From the NCBI GenBank assembly GCA_002633005.1, contig NMRA01000413.1, positions 1 through 49,362 of the forward strand: a DNA stretch of 49,362 nt, written 5' to 3'. Made by a program: the position numbers and the translations under genes. Numbering within the stretch: the stretch's first letter is position 1; each line of letters opens with the position of its first letter. Positions 26,012 to 37,800 of this stretch are shown here, in pieces. The notes below the pieces were generated by a model. The model had not been told where the DNA came from. It ran no database searches and worked only from the letters and a program-made list of their open reading frames with translations. This stretch comes from Phoronis australis (Eukaryota > Animalia > Phoronida).

Positions 26012-28319
26012 GTGACTCTTCCAGCGGAAGGAATTCTACCAACAGAACAAAGAAGACGCTGGTTGCCAGACAAGCAAAGCAAGGCGTTAATGTCGAAACA
26101 ATTGTTTTTTAAAATTGCAAAAAGGTAACCTGACATCAGTCTTTTTCTCTGGCTGCATTAAACTACATTTGTTTGGTGACGAAAACAAAACGATTATGGG
26201 TTTGACAGTTTGCATCGCAGCACGGATCCTTTTGTTAGAGTATACTTGTGAACATGCAGTCGAGATTCATAGAGTCATGAACTCGAACCAGTCAACAGTC
26301 TATCATCGCATCAAATTCTGTTACCACTAATAATTGACAACTTGCCTCCCCCATCCACATGGAAGTTTTTTAATAAAAAATATTTCTGAAATCTTTCCAG
26401 CTGCAGTTTAATCCTCCCCCTGTATATAGTGGACAAATTTTAAAAATTTCAAGACAAGAATTGGTGATATCGGTAGACGAAAACCACTTGGTTGACAATG
26501 AAATAGGTGCAAACATAGAATTACCAGAAATGAATGCTAAAGTAACCGTATCTGACCAGAAATCTATGACAAAGGTGTCACTGTCAATAGGATCAAATAT
26601 GTGATATTCTTTACAGATATTAAAACAACCCTGTTGAACGTCCTCCATTCAAAGAAAATTGAGATTGGCACCAAGTGTCTATATAAGTTGGGATAATACG
26701 AAGAAAACATCAAATCTTTTCTGTCGTCAATAAGCACGTATCATGAGCATGGCTGATATTAGGGCATTTTCCAAAGTAGTGTCCCCCATTTAGTTATGTC
26801 CTTTTGATTTTCGCTATTATTCACTAAGGGAACTATTGAACCAAAATCAACAATTGACCTATCGCCAGGAGTTTGCGTGGAGGTTTAACTGACCAACCAC
26901 AACACAGGATTCTTGACACACCTTGGTTTTTATGTCGCCACTTTACCAGACAAAAACACGATGCCGGGTAAATTTTGTTCGTCGAAATTTCGCATGGGTG
27001 CGGAGCTTGCGAATGGTCTGTTGAATGAAGTCTTCGGGTAAGATGGCGGAGAGAATGGACGCCTGTGCTTAGAGCTGCAAAGTAGGCCCCCATTAATTCA
27101 TTTAATGATTTATTACCTGCGGGCAATCAGTGTTAACCTCGTGCTGACCCGTTAAGCTTAATGAACCTGAATGTTGTAGTAAATGTTTTTGTTATTCACA
27201 CACTGCAGTGTTTCGCGGAGAAGTTCAAAACGTTACTAATCGTTTGCTGGAAAAAACACCGCACGAATGCAACAACATGGAATATGTTTGTAATGGCATA
27301 TCTAGGTTTGTCATTATATTCCGCGTATGTTCCGTGTCATCTTGAATAAATATATACTGCACACGGTAAAAGTATTGGTTTGTCATTATATTCCTTGTAA
27401 ATTCCGTGTCATCTTGAATAGATATACACTGTACATGTATCACAGTGAAAAGTAATGGAATAGTGTACAATTGGAGAAAATCGTCCCTGAAATAAGAATG
27501 AATTCTTGTAGCAAATGTCTCAATACCAGGGATAATTTTGGACTACGCCTTTGCGCCAGTAGCAAATGGAAAAATAAAAAGGGCACAATTACGCTGCAGT
27601 AGTGCACCCCGGGGACATCTTTTAAAATGCATGAATTTCCCAAAAGCACAATTCTATTCAACATAGTGGTGTAAAGTACAGGTATGACTGTTTTTATTTC
27701 GATTGTTTCCGATTCAAATGTTACTACTTTAGTTGCACTAAGGTTGCTGGACACAAGGTTTTCAAGAAGGCACATCTTTTATCACCGGTTGCAACCAGAG
27801 GGCTAACGGGTTCAAACTTGGACAATCCCTGCAATAGTGTCTTGAGCAATAGAGCGCGGCTCTGTGTAAAGAAGTGAAGGAACTGCGTGATAAATGCAAC
27901 AAGGGGGTTATCTAACACACCTGGAGGCCAAAAACTTCTGCTTTAGAACTAAACTTTTTCCTAAATTGATGTTCAATCACTGCAGCACTGGGTCGTAGGC
28001 CCAGGTAGGCGCAGCCATCCACCTTTTGGCATTTGAGCGTGGTGCCTACTCACCGTGAGTTACGTTCAGTGCTCAAGGTGATACGGTGGGCTTTGGGCGC
28101 CTACTTACCTTTATATTTACCAGCACAGCAAAACTAGATAAAATTTAGAGCTATTTCAAATGCATTCATTCATCAATACGCTGCTTCCAAACCAAAAGTA
28201 TTGCTAGCATTCACCAGATCCGTCTTCCAGCAAACTGGTGCTGTTTAATCTTTCATAGATGCATATCTGCATTTAAAAACCCGTGGTGTTTAAAGCCATG
28301 AACCTGTAGCAACACTCAC

Positions 28320-28568
28320 TCGTTTTAGCTGTCCTCGATGTTGAAACTGCGTCAGCCCATCCTGCCTTGATTGTTCTCATAATAACAACGTACTCAGTTC
28401 CAGGAGTCAAGCCAGTACAACGTTTGTTGGTAGCAGTCTTATGTGCACTGAAGTTACGGTTGCCGCAAGACACTTTGTAGCTGTCTTTGTCTCCAGCTGC
28501 CGCGGTCCACTCGACAGTGACTGTCGTATCACTTCCAACCACATTTGTAATTTTAGCTGGAGCCAGTG
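28320..28568 (-). CDS. FN3 domain exon, type A (cassette 4)
   Basis: AG/GT sites, 249 nt, phase 1-1; LAPAKITNVVGSDTTVTVEWTAAAGDKDSYKVSCGNRNFSAHKTATNKRCTGLTPGTEYVVIMRTIKAGWADAVSTSRTAKT. Confidence 0.9.
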
Positions 28569-29816
28569 CTGCAAATGTAGAGACAGGAGCGAAAAATGTA
28601 TAGGAAAACAACTCACAGCACTGGTTGGCGACTACCGTGTGCCATTAGATACCAAAACTTTAAAAATGATCATTTTAAAATTTTCCCCAAAGACAGAGCA
28701 ATACTAGTAATATTAAAGGGCAAGCAAAAGAAAATCGTCTATAACTGAATTTTACGAAGTTTGATTAATCAGTTTGACAGATTACAGTGTTGATGTCAAA
28801 TATTGCAAGTGAATGTCAGTGGTGGCATTTGTTTGAAAGTTAAGAACCGTATTTTCTTACTTGTACTTTATCGAAATGTTTGGACATATCTTTGCACACC
28901 TAACGCAGTACTTACTACAATTTCATATAATGCTTTTAGTTTCCAGGCAGTAATTGTATCATGTCTTGTTTTTTGTGTTATTCTTGAAATGAAATGAAGA
29001 ATTGAATAGAAAAATTCTATAAGGAATGCAGCCAGCACCAAATGCTATGTTGTCATATCGAAGGCACGGTAACATTCATGTGAGAGGCATGGATTACAGA
29101 AAAAACTTGTTTTTGTATCTGCAAGTGTATTTTTATACAAGAACTGTAGAAGGACAATCTTGTGAAATGTTGCAGCAACCGATTGTGCGTTTTAAAATTT
29201 CGCACGGCGCAAACCCAGACTGCCGTTATAGACTGTTCAAAATCTAAAACTGTTAAAACACTTCCAAGTTTGTTGATTTTCTAATTAAAAGAACCAATAT
29301 AATTTTGAATCGAAAATACATGTAGTACAGTCCTCTCCAGTATGGCAATCGGGAGTAGTTGTGGTTGATTTTTACTACGCGCTAGTCACGTTAAAGTACC
29401 TGAACAATAATCAGTTGTAAATTTTTGCAAATTTAACAATCAATGTGCTCCGATGTCTATGACTTGAAGCCTGTGAGTACTTGACTGAAAACGAAAGTTG
29501 GCCAAAAGATGGCGTTTAAAGGACAGGAGCCTAGCAAACTATGGCTAATTTTGGCCATTCAGTACTTGCGGGCATTAACGTGTTCACGGCAAGCAGAGCC
29601 GTCACGACTCGAAAACAGAACAGACTGATCAATCTAATATGGTAAAGTAAGTTCAATGTTCATGAATGTAATGAAATACAATTGGAGGAAATCATGGTTT
29701 CGAAGTTCCCTTTATATGGATTCCTGTTGCAAGTGTCCCAATAGTGTCTTGAGTAACAGGAAGGGAATCTGGGACTACTTATTGTATGTAGGCAGCATAT
29801 CTCAATTAACACTCAC

Positions 29817-30068
29817 TTGTTTTAGCTCTTGTCTTATGGGACGGCCTATCATTCCATCCTGCCTTGGTAGTATTTACTGATACAAAGTACTCTGTTCCCG
29901 GACTCAAACCAGTACACCGCTTGTTGGTAACACTTGGGTCAGTTACATGTGTGCTATAGTTACCGCAGATAACTCTGTAGCCGTCTTTATTTCCAAGTGC
30001 ATCTGACCAACTGACATCTATTGTTGTTTCATTTTCAACTACATTGATATCAGCAACTTTTGCCAAAA
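29817..30068 (-). CDS. FN3 domain exon, type B (cassette 4)
   Basis: AG/GT sites, 252 nt, phase 1-1; LAKVADINVVENETTIDVSWSDALGNKDGYRVICG...CTGLSPGTEYFVSVNTTKAGWNDRPSHKTRAKT. Confidence 0.9.
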
Positions 30069-30085
30069 CTGGAAGGGTAGATACA

Positions 30086-30139
30086 TAAATATATATATAT
30101 ATATATATACATGAATATAAATATAAATATAAATATAAA
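30086..30139. repeat. (TA)n/(TAAATA)n microsatellite immediately upstream of the B-exon acceptor
   Basis: Direct reading; not expanded in the paralogous site at ~6030. Confidence 0.9.
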
Positions 30140-30484
30140 CAATGGATTTCCGTTTCCATTCTACACCCATGCCGCCATGATTTGGACTAGCTATTGTATT
30201 TTGGCCAAACTATGATTTCAAGAAATACCGGACGTCCATATACAGGGTCAAGGTTTGCTGGTACTTCAGAAAACTTTTTACGTATTAGTCCAATGCGGTA
30301 CAGTAAATGTAATTTTCACACACCACTAAAACTATTCATGGACGACAAACATTTACTTTGACATTGTTTTGCGATATTCAATTGTAAAAATAAAAACGAA
30401 AGTAGTTCTTGAACATTTTTCACATGCATCTTGGTTTTTGTCAAAGACTTTTCATAAAACTCAGCTGATACGGTTTGGTGTTAA

Positions 30485-30690
30485 GAGTGCAGTACACTTC
30501 AGACCAGGCAAAAATCCATACAGAGCTGATAAATCCTATGTGACGGATTCTGATTATATGCATTTTGCTTACTTTCTTATGGTAATTACAGAAATGCACT
30601 TTAAACAAATTCTATCGCCTTAGGTAGTTTAAAATTTGGGTACCTCAGTGTTCACGGAAACCACTTTCAGAACTCAACCCAATAATCACA
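30485..30690 (+). mobile_element. Kolobok-like (TTAA-inserting) DNA transposon end, copy 1
   Basis: TTAA|GAGTGCAGTACACTTCAGACC; FN3-intron homology with ~6390 and ~19230 stops at this TTAA; second copy at 41014 also follows TTAA. Confidence 0.6.
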
Positions 30691-30897
30691 AACAGCTTAT
30701 TATTTAAAATGACTTATTCTTATTAAAATGACATAAGCAAAAAATTGAATTTCGGACCTCAAAAGCGAGGTCCCCTATACTAATATAGGGGGCCTCGCTG
30801 AACGGAAGCCGGAGAGCGGGGCCCCTATATTAATATAGAAGGCCCCGCCGAAAGGAGGCCGGACAGCGGGGCCCCCTATATTAATATAGGGGGCCCC
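30691..30897. repeat. Palindromic-subterminal element end, copy 2 (inverted; ends at N join)
   Basis: Reverse complement of 1-223. Confidence 0.85.
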
Positions 30898-30898
30898 N

Positions 30899-31057
30899 AC
30901 GTGCGCGGCACACCCGTGAAGTCCCTATCCATGATCTCTTTTACCTTCTTGTAGCCAGCATGAAGGCACTGCTCATGCACTCTTTTAACGGCGTCGTAGA
31001 TGTTTGAGGTTGGAATGAGAACCCTGTAGTTGGCCAAGTTGCCGTTATCTTGACATC
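30899..31057 (-). CDS. Exon 2 (partial) of putative Ginger2/KRBA2-like transposase: integrase zinc-binding domain
   Basis: Acceptor TTCTTTTACAG, phase 1; GCQDNGNLANYRVLIPTSNIYDAVKRVHEQCLHAGYKKVKEIMDRDFTGVPRT; cut by N at 30898 before the expected CxxC. Confidence 0.7.
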
Positions 31058-32249
31058 CTGTAAAAGAACAGTGGAAATATGTAATACACATACGCATGCA
31101 CAAGGTGATGCACAATATGTACACGCACCAAAATGGAAAGGCCTTGAGGTCTGAAAAACACAATCATATTTGCCTAATTTCAACTTAGACGACAAAGAGA
31201 TAAGCGTAAAGGCTAAGACTTGCCAACAGACAAATTTGGACCAATTTCAGGCGGCTAACTTAAACGAAAAAAAAAATCACTGTTGGCAACAGTCCCATCT
31301 AAATTCAGTCCATGACCTCTTATACCAGTCTGCCACAAACGACAAGTGATTTGTTGTTAATTTAATTAGAAAAAGGTATCATTTTTGTGAGTTCATGATG
31401 ATATGCACATGCACTGCACATTGTCTAAATTTTTAAAGTGTAGTATAAATGGGACCTGTTTGAATTTTTAAGCTTGAACTCATATGCAATGCAAGTATAT
31501 ACAGTCAGGTAACCTCTTTTAGTTCCATTCTCAATGGTTACAAGCTACTTCTTTTATTTTATAGGAACATATCTGCCAAATGTCATTGAGATTGTACATG
31601 CATCATGCATGTGGTTTAGCAGATACAACAGTAAATACCGGTAACAGACAGACAGGATGACATTATACCACACGTGTTTGTGCAGAAAAATGAAATATGA
31701 ATGAGACAACCTGATAAAAGAATTAGAATGAAAGGCTAAACCACGTTACTAAAGTTATAACATTTAAGATATAGTGCAAAAGCATGATCTGAAGAACATT
31801 AAGTTGTTTTGAAGAACTTAATGAGCTGAATGAGCTGCCACTTTTTTGAGTTCAACTCCAATTTGAAAAATGTGTGTTTTCAGAAGGCACATATTCAAGG
31901 ACGGTGTAAAATTCACTAGTTTAGGATACAACACTTAAATTGTATGCCGAAGAACACCATAAACTGTACTAAATTGTTAGGCGATGTACAGAGGTGAGAT
32001 ACTGCTGTATTGGGTAGAGTTCAGAAGCTGTCTTCCAAAAAAAAATTGCCAAAATCACCTGTGCTCATTTAAAATGTATGACATTGTCTCCTGTACTCTC
32101 CCAAAGTCTTGGTTTTTAGCAAGATCACAGTCATTGATTTACTGAACTCTAGCTACAGTAAATTTGAAGCATCCAACAATGTAAAAAACTAAAAGTTTTT
32201 GAAAAGGAGGGTATGGAGCAGCTGGACACAACAGGAAGTCTATAAAACT

Positions 32250-32700
32250 AGAACAGCATGAACAGGGTGAATAAGGTAATAACCATNTGTGAGACTGGCA
32301 GAAGCCATATAAGCTGTCTATAGAGATCATGAATAGAAAAACAGCAGGCGTAAATTGAGTAAGAATAAAGAGGAAGAGACGAACTCATGAAGCATATGAA
32401 ATTTGAATAGCATGAACTGGATTAACCCCATGTGAAACTTGTGAGACTAGCAGAAGCCACATAAGCTGTCTAGAAATCATGAATAGAAAAACAGCAATGT
32501 ACCAAGTGAATAGGATTAGATAACCACAATTTTAACAGCATGAACTGGATTTCAAAGGAAATATCCCTGGGAAATTCTAAGAGTAGCAGAAGCCACATAA
32601 TCAGTCTAAAAATCCTGAATAGAAAAAATAACATGTAGAGAGTGAGTAGGTTCAGTGGCAGCAGACACAAGAAGCCACAAATCAAGTGAAACAAAAGGCG
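32250..32700. repeat. Degenerate ~150-bp tandem repeat (about 3 units) inside the transposase intron
   Basis: Recurring GAGACTAGCAGAAGCCACATAAGCTGTC...ATCATGAATAGAAAAACAGCA at ~32290, ~32442, ~32580. Confidence 0.7.
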
Positions 32701-33241
32701 CTGTCCAGAGACTACTGTAGAATCAGGAAAGCCTCTCTACACACATACTACATATATATTACTTATGAATGTAAATTGAGAAAGAAATGTGAAATTAATG
32801 ACAATATTATATGATATTTGCATTTTGGTCTAGAAACAGGCAAACGAACTATCTACAAAACTTATTGCATATAAGTAAAAGTTCATTTTTCACCTTACAT
32901 TTGATTCAGCTTTCAAGGTAATAATAAAATTCATTAGATGACGGTTCACATGTAATTTGCTGACGTAAAGTGAGGAAAAGCGTGAATTCAAGAAGAAAAT
33001 GCAGAGGACAATTGATATGACTGATAAAATGTCCAAGAGAAAAAACTTCATGGCGAAGAGTAAAGAATGAAGCAGTCAGATCTGGGATGTTCGCAAGGGG
33101 ACAAGTTTACCCAGTCTGCAAATCACATGTTACACAAAACTGCTCCCTGCGCCCGTGTTGCTTGCCAACCTGATTGAAATTTGAGTATTTCCCATGGTTT
33201 TTTGGTGACAATTGGTATGCCATATACAGCATGCTAAGCCG

Positions 33242-33392
33242 CAGTGGGGAATTTATAATGAAGGGGTTGGGGGGGGGGCATGCTGCTCACCCACATTTCA
33301 ATTGCCAGTTCAGGGGTGCGAATGTATGACGAGCGAATCCTGACTAATACTCTCCCCCCCCCCAATAACTCAAAATCCTGCATTCGCCCCTG
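33242..33392. mobile_element. ~150-bp hAT-like MITE
   Basis: CAGTGGGGAATT...AAAATCCTGCATTCGCCCCTG; flanks CTAAGCCG / CTAAGTTG resemble a decayed 8-bp TSD. Confidence 0.6.
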
Positions 33393-33647
33393 CTAAGTTG
33401 ACAAATTATTCTTACAACAAAAAGGTGTTACAAGTTATTTGGAAGGAACGATGAAGTCTACTAACAGTTCATATAAGAATATATGCCAAATATAGACTAT
33501 AGAAACACCGTATTTGGCAGATCTGGTTACTTATAAAAATATGGCGAATATTCAGATTTCAAGTGATAAACCATTGCTAACAGACCTGGCTTTAGTCAAC
33601 GATAAGTTTTCTTGGATATAACTTAAATATATCAAACGTTTTCCTAC

Positions 33648-33891
33648 CTTCCCTGGGAACAGCCAGCGCGTCAGTGACATTCATTTCTGGAAGATTCAGC
33701 ACACGGATGTTCTTCTTGCCGATGGACCACTTTAACTTGGGATCACTGACAACGCTGGCTATCTTGTCCTTAGAGTCGGTCTTCAGCACCTCCAGGATTT
33801 TTGCGTATTTTTCGTCAGAGACGAGTCGGCTGTTCTTTGCCTTCGCAGCTTCGGCAAGGTACTCATCCATGTGCTCACGATGCATGCTCAT
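33648..33891 (-). CDS. Exon 1 of putative Ginger2/KRBA2-like transposase
   Basis: ATG at 33891, 81 codons + 1 nt (MSMHREHMDEYL...DPKLKWSIGKKNIRVLNLPEMNVTDALAVPRE), donor AG|GTAGG; phase matches exon at 31057. Confidence 0.65.
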
Positions 33892-34289
33892 TTTGCCTAA
33901 CCTACTTGATGAGATAAAAGAACGAAAATAGAAATCAAATATAGCCCTACGCAGATAAAAGTTAGACAAAAAACTGCAGAAATCAAGGGGACTGATAAGC
34001 TGGTAAACACGTCGAAAAAATCAACACCAGTATCTAGTAACACTAAAAATCGGAATAAAAATGTGCAAAAACGTTAGAAGATAATTCCTTATTGAACGCC
34101 AAGAACTTCTAAAAATTAAAATCTTCTATCTCAAAAATTAAACACAAGAAATCCTTAACACGTCTGCACACCACGAGCAAAGAAACGACAGTGACCGCTT
34201 ATTCCAATACGGGCCAGGAACTACTGCCCGTATTGGAATGATGACGTCATTCCAATACGGGCCAGATTCCAATACGGGCCGGAGCATTC

Positions 34290-34816
34290 GTTTTGAAGCG
34301 CTGCGTTACTTTGAAGTGTAAAATCACGGCTAAATACAAACGTAGCAGTGCCACTGGTGGTCTAGAAGACCCGTGCAAAATTTTTTTTGATAAATTGAAG
34401 ATGTTACTGTAACCGAGTTTTAGGACTGTAGGTACATCATTGTTCGCATATACGCGTTCATAGACTGGGCGCTTATTTCAGCAATATCTGAAAACGCGTG
34501 AGGGGCCTTATAGGGGGCATGGGCTGTTATTAAGGGTAATATGGTAATTCTTTTTGAAGCACTGCAGAAGTTTGAAGTGTATATACACGGCTAACTTGAA
34601 ATACCGACACAGCAGCGAAGCTTGCGGTAAAGAAATTTGGCGCACACTATGATTTTTTTTCAAGACTGTCGGATATTATTGATAAATTGAAGATGGTACT
34701 GCAGAATTTAAGAAATCTGTGTAAGGCACACGTCAATGGGCTGGGCGCTTATTTTAACGAAATCTGAAAACACTTATTGGGGCAATCCCGGGCGCTCATT
34801 AGGGCAAATACGGTAG
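34290..34816. mobile_element. Two tandem ~260-bp pogo/Tc1-mariner-like MITE ends
   Basis: Two diverged units, each starting TTTTGAAGCRCTGC and ending ...AATATGGTA / ...TAGGGCAAATACGGTA; similar end at ~45255-45283. Confidence 0.5.
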
Positions 34817-37800
34817 TTGTGAATTTTTGTCCACCAAATCTGAGTTGCTTTCTTGGTCTCATTTATACTTTAGACCATGCCATTATGAAAAGACCTCTAT
34901 TGCAGGGATAAAAGTTAACATTGTCCATGGCCCTGTTGCCTCTATCTTTTGTTCAGAGTCCTTCTAGTCAACAGAGCAGTGTTAGGACTGGGATATAATC
35001 TGTCCTATTATTAAGTAGGTCAGGTATCCATTGTCAGCTATGGCAGCTGTTATACCAATTATCTACAATATTTCCAAACAGATAACCAAAGACATTTATT
35101 GAATGAATTGTTCCCACAGTGGTTAAGGCCTTAGTTATGTTTGGGCAAAGAGCAAACAAAAGGCCTGGTTGTGTGTTCTTGTAAATTATACAGTGGGACA
35201 ATTAAATTCCAGGATTTAACTGGAGTTAAATGTGACCAGGTGATTTTTTTAGTTTCAGTTGCATAACCAAAGCGAACGGTGCAAAAAGTGATGGTGTGTG
35301 CGTGTGCGCCCATGTGTGAAGGCATTAATTTGTACAATTTGGTAATTAGGGCTAGCTAGGCTTCTGAGGAGGGGGAAAGTGCAAACATTATTTGAAGATA
35401 GAAAACCTATTTTGGAAATTCATTGTTTTGTCATAAATTCAATACCGCTCAGTTTAAAGTGCATTGAACTCACACAACCTGAATCACAAATATGTGGGCT
35501 TATTTTTGGCTCACGAGTGGTTATGTACATACAATATGCTGTGGGAGATCTTGGATGTAGGAGAAATAGGGTGAAACCACACATATCTGAAGGCAAAGGT
35601 CCACGTGAATTCCAAGCGGTCTCTGAAGGGGGCCCATGCAATCATAAAGGAATAGGAGTGTAATGCCCAAAAGCTGGCGGCGCCTTTTAGTTGCCCATGG
35701 GGTGTGTCCACGGGGGCCTTCGCCACCCCTTTATCCACCTATGGTACGTGTGATACCGTAGCTGTTTTTCATCTTGAATTATTACAAGTTCCATTACTCG
35801 GCGAACATGCCTGGTGATCACGCGCGCCAAAATAGTCGGCAACAAATGCTGTCAGCGTAGCGCATTGGTGCTGTAAAGTATCATATCGAGACTACGCCCC
35901 ACTTTCCGTCACGGTGCGTAGACGCTACGTCACAGTGAAAAACGGCGGTTGCTGCGGTAAAATGTAAAAAGGTTGTTGGCGTCAACTACGTGTGCATACG
36001 CTCCACTCTACCGTAACTTACAGTGGGTAGGTGCTACATTGAAAGGCAAAAGGGTGGTTACCTACGCCTTGACGTGCGCCTATGCCCCACTACAGCAAAC
36101 CAGAAGAAATTTGGCTAGGAATAAATCAATCGCTATTTTAAGTACTGCCACATTGAACGTTCATGTTGAAAATTGTGTGTACTTTGTTATTGGTTGTGTT
36201 ATGTATTTTATGGCTTGACGTGTAATAATTGCATGCAAGGTGATTTCAATATTGCTTTCGGCTAGGTTTCACTGTTTACCTCACGGGTTGTTCTTTTTAT
36301 GCCTTTTTAAATTGTATCTCGTTCACCTCAGTTTGATCCAGTTAAGGTCTAGTGAAATTCGGTTGACAAAATTTGATGTCTAAGTGTTATAATTTATGAT
36401 AGTTAAACGAATCCCATGTGCAGGCGGTGCATGTGTATATGATTGCTATGCATGTCTGTGCTGAAGCAAAACTTTAAGAATGCAGCAGCAATTCTAGCTA
36501 ACGCAAACAAAATGTTTGGATGACACTTCGTTAAAAGTTTTTCAAATTGAACATGGTGTTGTATTGAACGTAACGCGAATGTGGCGAAAACTTTCACGTC
36601 TTGTCTTCAAAACATGTTGCAATATCCATTATCTTGTGTACGGTTACATCTCACCTTAAACCTTCATGTGTTATTCAAACAATGTGAACTTGTATAGCAG
36701 TCGCATATTAAACTAGGTTAATTTATTTCATCCTGTGCGCAGACGATCCCAGTGCAAATGTGAGGACAGCACGACAACATCTTAAGCACCTGAATTCTAG
36801 CCTAAAAACAGCAGCAAACCACCGTAAAACTGGTTTGGCTTATGTATGCTCAGCATGGACGTCAGTTAAAAATTGGCCAATTGTTTGGCTATTTTACGAC
36901 CCGCCATCGACTCATTGGCAACCCGCAGTCGGACAAAAATATATGATCTGTGGTGCACGTATACACGAGTTGACTTTGCGAATAGAATTGTTCACTTACT
37001 TATTTTACAACAAAAATTGTTCACACATTATTATGAGCATAATTACGAACAAGACTGATGTAAAAAAATCAGTCAGTTTTTGATATTTTAAACCTTTTGT
37101 ATTCATGCGCTTTCTTGTACCTAACCCTTGATAACATGCGCAAAATAGGAGCGCGAAATTACAAGCAATAAATTACGAGTGAAACTTTTAAGCGTAAAAG
37201 TACTAGCATTTAACCGCTTTAGAACTCACGTGACCTGCAAAGCAATTTCTAAGTGGATATAATGATTATGGTAGTAAAAAACCATGGAAATCTCAGTCAT
37301 ACTTCCAAGTATAATTATGGCCTCACAGATAGATCAAAAGCTTGATTGTAAAAGTTGCCCCTTGTTTTACTCATCCAAGTTGTGTTACAGGCACAGCCAG
37401 GCATCCTTCAAACATAACCTAGCAGGTTAAGCATTTCAACATAAGTAACAGATGGTGGTTATAACAATGAAGTTTATATTACTACGAGCAGAGCCAGCAA
37501 GAAGACATTTCACAAGTTTTGGAAGTCAGGTTAGTGCCAGAGAGCGTTCTTAAGTCGATTGGCCACAATCGGTGGTGTGATTTCCAACTAACGTGTTAAG
37601 TTGAGTTGTTATTGTCAGCCACTAACGAGTCACGCTGTCACATACCGACATGGACTCATTCTGTGTGTGAATTATCTAAACTTCTAACGCGTAATATACT
37701 TCTGGAGGTCCACCAGAGTAAGCCATAACGTTCACATAAGGCTATTACTCTATTATATTTCATATATTTCTGTCTTCTGAGGTTGTGTCAGTGTGATCAA

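Larger units (their letters stand above)
22151..26392. repeat. Recent segmental duplication, copy 2 (interrupted by N gap)
   Basis: Offset 7240 bp from copy 1 at the FN3 exon; few substitutions. Confidence 0.9.
30899..34286 (-). mobile_element. Ginger2/TDD-like (KRBA2/SCAND3-related) integrase DNA transposon, 5' part, truncated at N join
   Basis: Terminus TGCTCCGGCCCGTATTGGAAT with four ATTCCAATACGGGC motifs (34201-34279), ~400 bp upstream of a spliced ORF containing an integrase zinc-binding H-x4-H motif. Confidence 0.6.

Noticed and set aside
25359-26136. Four long ORFs (202-245 aa) in the track
   Set aside because: Read-through of the N gap
35990-36095. Inverted match to the FN3-intron segment at ~2858-2945 as a long-range RNA pairing partner
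   Set aside because: Diverged, and the CAGTGGCGTAG start suggests an old interspersed DNA-transposon end; most simply an independent repeat copy
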